Shown in pieces: positions 27,901-39,400 of a stretch of 64,000 nucleotides of DNA. A program made the position numbers and the translations under genes. The stretch is from Trichosphaerium sp. ATCC 40318. Taxonomy: Eukaryota; Protista; Tubulinea. The stretch covers positions 112,064 to 176,063 of the forward strand of contig JALMLS010000621.1 in NCBI GenBank assembly GCA_038496445.1. The letters run 5' to 3'. The notes beneath the pieces are model-generated. The model saw nothing but the letters and a program-made list of their open reading frames with translations. It was not told the origin of the DNA and did not search any database. Position 1 is the first letter of the stretch. Each line of letters starts with the position of its first letter.

Positions 27901-30185
27901 TCATTATTCCATCTACAATTGGTAACCTTCTTTTCTTTGACACAAACGGAGACGGCGTTCAAGGTACACTTACTACCTAGTCACACCCCTTCGCTAATCT
28001 TTTTTTTCAACTAGATCCTTCAGAACCGCCAATTGGTAATGCAACCATTCTTTTATTCCTTAATGGAACACTTGTGGACTCAACAGTTAGCGATCAAGAT
28101 GGTGGCTACAACTTCACCCAACTGATCCCTGATGCCACTTACGATGTTTGTGTACCTTTTGGAAGTCCTCCTTTGCTCTTCCCATCTCCAACAAATGCAC
28201 CTGCACCTGTTGGATCAGACTCTGATGGAGTACCAATGTACGGGCAAACACAATAACTATGCTGTTGTACTTATCATTTTTAAGGATGATCGATGTTGAT
28301 GGTGATGGCATCCTTGAAACAGATGCAGCTTGTGCATCGGTTGTACCTGGATCAAACGAAACTGATATATCGACAGTTGTAGACTTTGGGTTCCTACCAG
28401 ACTCTGTTGAACTTGGAGACTCAATCTTTTGGGATATCAATGGCAATGGTATACAAGGTACAAGACCATTGATTGAACGACAATTTCTTACTGTTTGATG
28501 TTTAAGACCCTGAAGATACCGGTATTCCTGATATTCAAATCGTTGTTCTTGAAAACAACATGTTCTATGCTGTTACTACAACTACAAGTACGCTTGCTAG
28601 ATAATACCATGACCACCAAGTACTCATATAAACTTTCTAGCCGGTGGTAACTTTAACTTTACAACACCTGACCATGGCATCTTCCCAAATACTGAGTACA
28701 CCATTTGTGTGAATGTCACGTACGCCCTTTTTTCTTGATGTCAGTGCCTCATATCTTTCTAGTGATACAGGATTTCAACCTACACTCTCGGGTCAAGGTG
28801 GGGATCCTACCACGGATTCTGATGGAGGTCCTATTCAATCTATTGACGTCTTCGGTGATGGCATTTTATCTGAAGTGTCTTGTGCTACATTGACAACAAG
28901 AGCACTTCCTTTTGAAGACAACACAATTGATTTTGGCCTATTCCTTGTTCCTGACATGGCACGTATGCCTGAAATCGTTAGTCCAACAGGTGGTATTGTT
29001 GTTATCTTACAGGTACGCAACATCGACGCACCCTAAAAGCAACATAGTACTCATTTTTGTTCTTTTTAGGATGGCATTACGTTGAATAAGCAACTTGTTC
29101 CTGACGGTGTCATTCAAGTCAGTGTCGACACTGTAAATACAGACGAAGTTACTTTCGAATTCTCTCTTGATGGATCTTCATTCACAGACACTTCTGGCCC
29201 TATCTTCACGTCTCAAAATGTCACTTTATTAACAGGTACCTTTAACAACACAGCTAGTAAAAGCAAATGGCTCACACATGTTTTAGAGCAATTCATCAAC
29301 ATCACAATAACATTGCGTAATACCACGACCAACAGAGAAACCGTATTTAGCTTCACATTCCGTTGTGTAAACCCAGGTATCTCTGGTGACCCTCACTTTG
29401 TTGGATTCAATGGACAGAAATTTGGTACGCTTTTTATCAACCTCATGCTTTACTTCTTGAACACTCGCTGATGTACCTCATAGATTTCCATGCAAAGCCA
29501 GACATATACTATGCCATCATTAGCGACAACAATGTGGCTGTAAACTCTTTATTTGTACACGCTGATCTCCGCGAAAAGAGTAACAAAACATACATGGGTC
29601 AGATCGGTATTATCCTTGGAAATGACAGATTGTTTGTATCATGTGATCGTAATAATCTGTCTCATCGTATTGAATTCAATGGTGGACCACTTGCATCAGG
29701 GGCGAGAAAGACACTGAGCTTGGGAAAACTGAAAAGATCAAAAGCAAACAATGATCGCATTCAAGTCATCACTCAGCACTACAGAATCTCTGTCAGATTC
29801 TCATCTTCATCACATAGTACCTGCCATCTGAATATGAGAACCAAATATAACGGCGATAAACGTGCTCTAAAAGACCAACCACACGGTACGTTTACAGCAA
29901 CTGCCTCTTATAGAATCTCCGTTTTGTTTCTGACTTCTTGATGTAGGTGTTCTTGGACAAACAGCTTGGAAAGAAGTTGTAGAGATAAATCATCATGGTA
30001 TAAATGGAGAAGGTGTTATTGATGGTAAATGGAAAGACTACGTACTTCGTAACATATGGGACACCAACTTCAAATTTTCAAAGTTCAAGCATATCGATTA
30101 TGCAAGACTCAACGCCAAAAGCAAAAAGCCGTTCAAGCTTCCTGACTATGACTCAACCACCTCGCTAGACGGTTTTGTAGAGTAA
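3907..30185 (+). CDS. Giant secreted repeat protein (about 7000 aa by estimate, about 90 or more introns): signal peptide, bacterial-type adhesin head, PT linker, about 44 tandem SdrD B-like domains, C-terminal GDPH/Root_cap-VWD-like domain
   Basis: Signal peptide MLTLLATLLILCRVNA|QISG. A chain of GT-AG introns links the exons in frame. Recurring motif IGDFVFFDxNxDGIQD...T.TD..G.Y.F...Y.IC...DSDG...ASC...DFG. Stop TAA at 30183-30185. One frameshift at ~16109. Confidence 0.9.
3976..7370 (+). other. N-terminal head of the giant protein, similar to bacterial 'SdrD B-like domain-containing' surface proteins
   Basis: ISGIVYRDYDFDGRRD, GPVWGVAY, GKHGFGAMDIS, LYLGMVCTAE, HPQPILAGIEFDETGNMILGFQDRFGSQ, EFFYGD, HQETFQGG, FAKSTGVGEVEPICDPPPSQIGNYIWIDTDCDGIQDPNE. 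This motif order is recalled from Bacteroidota/Chloroflexota/Actinomycetota proteins. Confidence 0.75.
7371..7560 (+). repeat. 15-nt coding tandem repeat, 12 x PPTT(E/S/A/M/L), mucin-like linker
   Basis: Read directly as ccaccaacNacNNNN units. Confidence 0.95.
7618..28950 (+). repeat. Array of about 44 SdrD B-like domains (~135 aa; ~480 nt including two introns) with a ~2.4 kb 5-domain super-period
   Basis: Counted 44 starts of the (I/V/L)GDxVFxDxNxDG(I/L)Q type from 7630 to 28457. The variant lacking the GIQ intron recurs at ~10545, 13030, 15497, 17933, 20357, 22720 and 25128. Confidence 0.9.
29370..30185 (+). other. C-terminal GDPH-containing VWD/Root_cap-like domain of the giant protein
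   Basis: ISGDPHFVGFNGQKFDFH...YAIISDNNVAVNSLF...TYMGQIGI...CHLN...PHGVLGQT...GVIDGKWKDY...FKFSKF. No TM helix or GPI signal follows. Confidence 0.75.
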
Positions 30186-30795
30186 ATAACAACCCACCGT
30201 GATGATAACACGTGATAGACAGCTAGAAAATAAAAGTTGTCATTTTTAAAATCATACGCTGTAGCAAGCTTTTTTGTTTTTCTTCGTGTTCAAAGTACTA
30301 TTCTATACACTTACATCCTCAAGATGAAAATAACAGTTCACCTAACTTGTATACTCTAACAATATTTTATAATAACAGTCAACAAGGGCTAAGGAGAAAT
30401 AGTACAAAGCAACTTTACAATGGCAAGTAGACTCACATGAAAAATAACGTGCAACATTTATGGATTAAGGCTTTTTATTAACAAAAGGCGATACGCTACA
30501 GAATAACCTGTCACGCACACACACAATACGATCAAGGAAACAGAAAACACCTAAAAATTAAAAAAAAGTAATCCAAAAAAAAAAAAAACTAGGTCTAGCC
30601 CTTTTGGTTCGTCCCACAATCCAAAACCAACAAGGGCACCCGTTAAAAACATAAATATAGAGAGAAATGAGGGACGACCTTTGGTTCATACCACAACCCA
30701 AAACCAAAGATCCCACCTACAATTAAAAAAAACTCTCTGAAAAAAAACTCCTTTGCCAAAAACAATGGCATCTCCAAGAGATTCTACACCGACCT

Positions 30796-31754
30796 TCAGT
30801 CATACGCTAATGAGATGAACTCATGTTCCATCAAATCCGACGCACTCTGATACTCGGCTGATGGTTCCAGGCAAGCCTTAACAAAATCAACCAGCAAGCA
30901 CTCATCGTGGTGAAGCGAGTGCTCAAAGCGTTTCAGGAATACTTCCTTCAACTTTTGAAAGCAGAGGCGATTAACCTCGAACTCACCTTCACCAGAGTAC
31001 TCATCGCACGGCACGTATTCGTCGCCTAATGCGATACGCATTGTCGTCACACCGACTGCGTAAAGGTCATTCTGCGTTGTGTACCCTCTGCGCTCAACAG
31101 AAGGCAACACATAACCAGGAGTGCCTTTAAAGGTTTTGAGCTTTCTGGTATCCTTTACATACCCAGAAGCGCCAAAATCAGTGAGCATTATGTCCATTGA
31201 GGGGAACACCAAGATGTTATCCGGCGTGATGTTGTTATGCACTACACCTTCTCTGTGCAGTTGTGTGAGTGTAGATAACGTACTCTCAGCTACTACCGCT
31301 ACAGTGTCGATCGAAGGATTGGCAAACACATCCAACACGGACCCATAAGCTCTGGGCATTGCTATCGCAACTCCATGGTCACCACTCAGAAACTTCAAGG
31401 GTTTGACAACGCCTTTACACTTGAGACTGCTTGCGAAGTCATACTCGCGCTCCTAGAGAAGTCGAGTAAGTATTTGTGCCGGTTGGTGTAAAAATAAAAA
31501 ACCTAAAAGGAAAAAGTGCTTACAAGTGCCTCAGCGTCCTCCTCATACTCATCTGTGCTTCTATTAGCCGTTTCGATAATTTTGAGAGCTACACTCTGTC
31601 CATTATCATTTCGTCGCGCTTTTAACACACGACACCTCTCACTACTTCCCAATGGCTTTGCCGACATTATCGTCGCCCAACCCGTACCTTGTAAAGTACA
31701 CTTTCTGTACGCAGTTCTAGCAAAGCGAGCTATCGTTCGGAATAAATTGGCCAT
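30796..31754 (-). CDS. Ser/Thr-kinase-fold protein, probable pseudokinase, 2 exons (intron 31453-31523)
   Basis: VALK, DFG, GTPGY and DLYAVG are present. The catalytic loop reads HNNITPDN, APE is replaced by LPS, and the Gly loop is degenerate. Confidence 0.85.
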
Positions 31755-33539
31755 AGTCTTGTTACAGTAATGCACGAGGTAAGAAATCTGTTAAGTTGAA
31801 CTAAGTGAAGCAAGTTGGCGGTAATCATCCAACCGATAGTTTTCATAACTTTGATAAAAACATGCTTTTTTTACTGAATTAGGAAAACAAAGTGAATCGG
31901 CACCACAAAGAAATGCGCCTCAGAGAATTTAGGAAATGCACGCGAAATGGCACACCAAAAAACTAAAGGCGTGGCACGTGAGGGAGCCTCACAGAATTGT
32001 GCATTATTTGCAACTAGCAATAAATCGTGCATGTTCATATTCACAGGTGCTGTTGCAATTGTTTATTTTACAATACAAAGTACTTTACCTGTTTACGCGT
32101 TCTGGAAAGATTGAAACTGTCTACATGAAGTTAATTTGTATTTTAGGGCCTACTCAGCGTTTACTTGAAGCGTGTGAGCAACAAGGATAGAGTGGTGGTT
32201 CTCCTTTTTTTTGGTTTTGATTTGATGATACATAGCATGATATATGGGTTCACTGTCGCGCTTATTGGGTGTCAGAAGGGTAGACATCAAGTTTTGGGGT
32301 TTTTTAAGCTAAATTGTAAATTGTCCTCAAATTAAGTTGGGGAAGAGTTAACCAGTACCCTTAATACTGTCTGGGATTGCCGTAGATGCAGGAATATTAA
32401 TACTCCTTCTCCTCAATTGATCTTTTACAATGAGCAGATAACGTCTAAACACAGCTGAAGTGGTTGTTAATGCGTTGGTGTCGTGGCTCTTGCAAGTAGT
32501 GGAATTGTAGAGTATCAACAAACCAGCAGTTGGAGGTGCGGTGGTTACACTGACGGTAATGTCATGTTATTATGTTGTTTAAAGCTATGAAGTACGACTA
32601 CCAAGGCACCAATATGATCTTTCAGAATCTGTGTTAGAAACTGTTTGACAACAGAAAGAAAGTTAAACATACGCAATTCTTGAACTGAAAGGGCATCAAT
32701 AAGGTTTTGCGCAGTAAGAGTACCATACTACGAGACGAAAAGTCAGAAAGATACTCGATAACGGTACGATCACGTTTCTTTGCAACCTGAAAAGGCAGGT
32801 AATAGGTTCAAAGGGTAACTGACACGTTAATTCGTAAATGTTATTAATTCGTGCTAAGTGATAACTGCTTTAGGGAAGCTACAATAGAATGTTCACGCTT
32901 TTTTTGGATCAAAACAAGACGGAAACGTATTGCTTTACATTGATAACAGGTTGATTTCAAATATTCTCGGTTTGAACGATTCCTATTTCGTAATGACTTA
33001 ATACCTTATAAATATAGACGATCTCAAAATACGAGTAGAAGATAGCATCAGAAAAGCTGAAAGTTGCGTTTAATTAAGACTTCTCGAATTTCTACGTTTT
33101 ATGTTTACACTTTGTTTCTCAAGACGTGCATGTTCGTATTCAACAAACCAACCATTGAAAGTGTTCACTGCCAAAAACCTAGTTCCTACTGAAACAAGGT
33201 TTCGTGCAAGTTACTGGTGATGTTCCAACAAAAAAATAAGACCCTGAGCCTCTAATAAGATTGGTTACTAGGCAGTGGAAAAGTTAGCATTACCTTACTC
33301 TGCGTGCACCTTGGTGAGTGCCACGTAGCGTTGAAATGGGTGTAATATGGCTAAGGTAATCAAGACTTGTACATACCCACCAAACATTGCTAAAAAAAGG
33401 AACATTACAACCGCCAATCTAACAATGAAGAACGAAAAAAGTAGGTTGGCAGTACTCAGTTTCTCAGTCTAAGTGCGTTATGCAACTTAACTAAATTCTG
33501 TAATTTCTTTTGAGACTACGATTATCGGACAACAAAGCA

Positions 33540-36335
33540 ATGCACGCACGTATTGGTTTGCTCTTGTGCATTTCACTGTTGGGTACAGATAGCGTGTTAG
33601 CAGTTATTTTGTAGTTTTTACTTACATTGCCTTCTTAGCCGTGTTTGGGGCTCCTGAGAACACGTTCTTTAACGCTACATCCTTAATAAACATATTCCCC
33701 GGTGCAACTCACATAGCTACTACACCACGTATTTCTCAAGGTGATTTGAATGGTCAGCACGTTTATGTCATTGCATTGGATACCAGTAAGTACAAAATGA
33801 CAAGCAACACTCTGTATTTTTTCTTGGGCCAAAAACCCAACCCATGTTTTCATACATGGAGCGTCACAGCGACCAACTCCACTTTACAATCTGGTCCTTC
33901 TTTAGTTCGAGTTTAGTAACATGAATCCTAGTATTATCTGTTGGAGGTCCTCCGTTAGGAGGCTCTTCTCTTATAATTTCAACACCAGCAGGTATGCACG
34001 CAAAGACACTTTTTTGATGACATTTCTTGGTTTTTTTTTGAAACGTTCAAAGTTGGAAATATCACTTAACGCTTTGTAGGAATACTGGATGAGATCGCCA
34101 CATACCCAATGGTGTTCTTTGCAAATGCCAACGATATTGTTGTACCAAAGTTCTCCGGAAATGAATTCCCTGTTCTTGTCTTGGATGGGAATTGGCAATA
34201 TCAGTTTTTGACTTTCAATACAACACTAAACGTACGCTTCGTGTATTCAAGAAACCAACAAGCGCAATATGCTCATTCAAGAATCCTAGGAGTTTGAAAA
34301 AACAGGGACACTGACGACAATACCAGGAATTACAAGCGGAGCAACCGTAGTAAATGTTTTCCAGGGTACGCCAAAAAAAAAATGAATAGTCCAATATTTT
34401 ATGTCTAATGTGTATTCACCCACATGTAATAGATGGGCCAGATGAATATGTAGTATATGCGCTACAAGATGGCTTAAACCAGTTCTTTAGAATTAGTAGC
34501 AAGATATTGTCACGGTCGTTTAACACGTCATCTAGTGCACAAGTTGCCTCTCAGCTTGTCCAACTCGATCCTAAATGCTTCGCTCAATCAACAAGCACAG
34601 ACGGAGTTACAAACTTTTTGAAGTTTTACGACACTGTCAACGAGGTAGGCAATATTACCCAACGTTGTAAATATGTATTTCTTTCTACAACTTATTTTTT
34701 TGAAATCTTTTCGAACAGCACGTGTTGCAAACTCGTAAATTTTGTTGTTAGGCCACTGTTGAGGTGCAAGCTACATCACGACCTGGAACTACAGGTCTAA
34801 GAATAGCAAGTAATACAGAGACACAAGAAGTTGCAGTTGTATCAGGTTCAAATGCTCTGTATGAAGGCGCCGGATATTCATGTCACACCAGCTTTTCACC
34901 AACAGGAATTCAAATTCTTAGTCCTACAAACTTTTCTGCCTACGATGTTGTAGGTGTTGGTTTATCGCGTATGTCATCGTTTGTAGTGATGCGTAGAGAA
35001 GCAGGCAACGTGACTTTTCAAGCACTTCCTTCTGTCACCATATCACTACCTACAATCACTGCTTCTTTTGCAATGTCAATACAAGCAGTATTCGATCCAG
35101 AACTTTGCCAAATCGTTGTCATTACAGAATCCGTTTTCAAAAATATTGAGATTGCAGTAATGACTGCTTCATCTGGTCTATTGAACTGTACACAAGGTAA
35201 GGCGCCCTTACTATACTGTTCGATCCATTCACACTGCCAAAAGATCCTCCTTCGACAATAGCACCGACACCAGCGCCGACTACAGCACCGACAATGGCGC
35301 CAATAGCTCCAACAACAGTAGCGCCTTCGGATGTTTTACCTTTTCCAAATGTAAGTTTCTTTTTTGTTTTTGATTGTGTTGAGGGCTAATGACTGCTTAT
35401 AGATAGTTCCCCGTTTAGATTGTGTCATAACAAACGGACTAGATAACTACACTGCCATACTTGGTTGGGAAACAAATGTACGCATAACAGAAGGCATACT
35501 TAGCTATTTGATTTCTAACTGTCATTTAGGAATCACTTCAAGTTCTCTACGGTTCGAATAACATGATCTCACCTACACCATCAAATACCGCAAGTGTACC
35601 AACGCAGTTTAACCGAAGTGCACCTTTCTATCCTTCAAGTGTACCTCTCAGATACTTATTCAATGGACAACCAGGAACTTGGACTCTAGGAAGGGGTACA
35701 GTGTCGTTCTCAAGCAGTAGTGCAGAATGCATTCAATCAAGTACGAATAGTTGTTACCACCAACACAATGATAGTTTCCTTGACTGTTCTTGTAGACGCT
35801 ACTATCAACTTTGAAGTAAATAATCCATTTCCATTGGAGCAAATGGTGGTTGACAGCATTGGTGATGTATTTGCTACACAAGTAAATGTGTCAAGAGACA
35901 ATGTGATAGTGACACAATCCGAGACGCGTGATTCAACAAAAAGACAAACTACAACAACTGTAGCAGTAACGGTTACAGGTGCACTACTCATGACAGCTCC
36001 AAACTTACTTGCTATGATAGATGGCGCACAGAACCCTGTTGTTGTGGTTTCTACGTTTGTAGAAAATCAAGTAGCTGTTGATACTGCAACTGTAGCAATT
36101 CAAGGAACAGTCAATGTTAGTGTAACAGTACGTTTCTTCAGCTTCGATTCTCAAGTTTTTGGGTTCCTTGTTGAGCGCTCGCTAGTACTAATCGTTTTAA
36201 CAGTCCGTCTCTATTGGCCAACCTCCAACTGTTACAGATGCTACCGAGAGGGTTCAAACGCCAAGTGGAGCATTTAAAATGGGGACAAGCATTGCATTTG
36301 CAATGGTCACAATGTTGTTCCTGGTTCTCCTATAA
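33540..36335 (+). CDS. Secreted, predicted GPI-anchored cell-surface protein, multi-exon
   Basis: Signal peptide MHARIGLLLCISLLAVFGA. PT-rich linker (APTPAPTTAPT). Cys-flanked module PRLDCV...YTAILGW...WTLG...C. SEA-like segment with STKRQ. C-terminus PSGAFKMGTSIAFAMVTMLFLVLL*. Confidence 0.8.
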
Positions 36336-36445
36336 TCGCAACTGAATCAAATAAAATATGTTTTGCTTGTAGTCAAGTTTTATTAACTTTGGCACAATAA
36401 CTTTTGCGAAAGGACATTTGAACGCTTTAGATGTTATTGTAACAT

Positions 36446-39400
36446 CTACACTGAGCAGGCTGAGAAAGCTTGGGATAGAAGCTCTTGATTCACAGTAGTA
36501 AACGTGTTAACTCTCATGTGATGGAAATTATACCCTGCCTTGTTACTTGCGGTGTACAAGTCGACACTGTAGAATAAATTGTGCTTAGCGCATTTATAAT
36601 TCTTAAACGCATGGATCTTGTGAGTGTAGTCTCCCTTCACCAAAGAAACCTAAGACGTTGTAAGGTTTCTGAGTTGACAACAAAAACAAAAATAAAAACA
36701 AAAAAAACGGTTGACGTACCTTGTTATCTATCAATGAGAAGAAACGGGTTGATATTAACGGACCGTTGTTAACTTGTCTTCGTACTTGATATACAATGTT
36801 CGGATGATGTCCTAGCCCTGAGACAAAATCCTTAAAAACTTGCTCTTTGGATATCTTTCTATCTCTCCACGGTGTCAAGGTAGTACAGCAAAATGGCTTG
36901 TCTTGTTCTTCAGTCACGCTGATATCCACCTTGTCAGGTTTAACTGTTTGTAAGTTCTCGATGTAGCAATACAGAACGTCTCCTGAACGACCTTCCTTGT
37001 ACGCTGTTGTCAACTCGCGAGGATAGTTAGGCAGCAATACCTGGTGCAAAAAAATCGTTAAGTTGGTCATAGTGTTAACGATGTACCATGTCGTCCATGT
37101 TAACGATCAGCGTTGAAAATATTGTGGTGCGGTTACGCTGAAAAGTGATGGCAAGTGTTCCAGTAGTAGCAATGCCTTTAGATATGCAGAAAACCTTCAA
37201 TTTCTTGAGAAGAGATACGTTGTCCATTACAAACGATTACACAATTTTACATTCTCTTAGAGACTTGGTCTTTGCCTGGCAAATTTCTGTTGCATGTATG
37301 GGGGAAAACCTGGCACCACTTATACATTGTTGGTACAATTATTTGCCTTTGCAATGTTGGTACGCTACCAAGACTAATCTTTGTGGAAACACGTGTAGAA
37401 AGTACATTTTTGGTTTTTCTAATGAACTGAATTTACTTTTTTGGAGATTGATTATTTAATTACACAGCACTTTGGAATTCATCAAAACACAGAAAGCCTG
37501 TTGCTCTCACCGTTTTTCCTGTGCTTTCTAAATCCGAGCTTGGATCGTTTCTCTTGCGCAGGTAGTGCGAAGGATAGACCTAAAGCAGAAACAAATGAGT
37601 GCGAACCATATTATTAAATGAGCTATGTAAATTTTTTTTGTTTTGATGATTGGATATAATTCGCACGCACCCTTTGTATCAATTGGAAATACTTCTTCAT
37701 CATTCACAACATATTTTATCTCATCCGCAGGTATCCCATCAATACCCTTGGTATTGACTTTGGGAATGAGGATGCCATAGTATATTGCTCTATCTACAAC
37801 ACACACGGTTAGCACGAGGTGTGGATGCAACAGTTAGGATCCATCCACATGCGCACCTATAAATCGTACATAATCCTCATCCAATAGACCCTATACGTAA
37901 CATGATATAAGTACACAAAATTTGATATAAAAGGTAGTACTCTTAGCCCAGGTATGGCGTTGCCCTTTCGTTTGACTTGCTTGACTATGTCAGGTTTTGT
38001 TTTCTTTGACGATGATTTCAGTATCAGGGTAACAAAGCTTTCAAAGTGACTCAGTGTTGGAAGACTGGGTACGCTGTATTCGGCCCATTTTGAAGTCAAT
38101 CGAAGTACAATCCTGAACAAAAGAAAGGGAGGTTAACATAAATTGAGCAATGAGTATTGGTGTGTTGACGCACTCAGGCTTTCCCTTTTGCTTTGTCCCT
38201 TCATCAAGCTCTACTATTGGTGGGAAAGCGGCCCGTGCTCCTTCATAGTAAGATCTAAGTTTTAAATTATGAGTGGCACGTGAGGACTGAAGAGGGAGCG
38301 AGTCACGAACCTGAAACTGGCAAAGGGATGTTTAGCGCCATAAATGTTCAAGTTTAAGGCATGCTTTACTAAAGTCTTTGGCGCCTCTCCACCCATCACT
38401 TGTAGAATACGAATCAAAGGATGAAAGTCTTCCTTGCTCGCATTTTCAGCAGGTTTGTTGTTGTCGTTGATTGTTTTGATGATAGCAGTGTTCAGATTGT
38501 TTCCAGTCTAAAATAAAAGTGAGTGAAGCAAAAAGTCCCTTGGACTAACCTTCGCAGCAAGCTCCCTTCGCTTGGATCTACGCTCTAGTAAAGAAGTCAT
38601 TTGCTCTTCAGACATTACACCTGGTAGCGCATCTAGTTGTAGCGCCTTGTTCTTCTTCCAGAGATCCCACAAATCTTGGATACCAGCCGCTGTGAACTAA
38701 AAATAAAATTAACAACATAGTGCAAAAAAAGGGTTATCTTGCGTTGTTTCGTGACATTCGTAAGTCATTAATTTTACTAAACACATTCGTTTTCACTGCG
38801 TCTACTATGTAAGATAGACCAGTATCTGTTATTTTATTGTATCCCAAGTTAATGCTTTCTAACCTCTGATTTGCAGCCAAAGCAGACGCTATAGACTTCG
38901 CACCTAAATTGAAGAGTAAGTGATCAACAACTTTTTTGTTTCAAGTTTAGGTCATCTCTATCAACGCACCAACGTCTGTGATACCATTCTCACAAATGTC
39001 TACTTTAACGAGCACACATTGAGGATGTTTTAAGAATTGAGCTATGTCTGCAGCACCTTAACAAAACAAAACAAATGAGAACCTTATGAACCAAAAAAAA
39101 TGTTGTTCACCTTTGTCGCCAATATAATTTCTCCACAAGTTTATCTTTGTCAGACTGCCGATATAGAACTTCTGTAAATGCTGTATAAGGTCCTTACATC
39201 CAGTATGTGTTAAATTATTCTTTGATAAGTCGACTGTCTTCATGCCTACCGAAAGAAAAAACCGAGATTAGATGAGCTTGCGGTACGTATTTAGAGAAAC
39301 TTACCAGGAACAAAGTGGACGAATATTGAAGTGCTGATCTGTGAATCTCCAATTTTTCTGCCATAGAAGAACATCTCACGCGTGGTATCCTTTCGTTGCA

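Noticed and set aside
7618-28950. Repeat/unique-spacer alternation suggesting CRISPR or a cassette array
   Set aside because: The 'spacers' are GT-AG introns and the 'repeats' are coding exons. There are no cas or recombinase genes.
3907-30185. Bacterial contamination or chimeric contig
   Set aside because: The gene carries the same short spliceosomal introns as the flanking eukaryotic genes.
32349-32566. Start-less minus-strand open frame (ITVSVTTAPPTA...)
   Set aside because: No start codon, no consistent exon chain and no recognisable motif. At most a gene relic.
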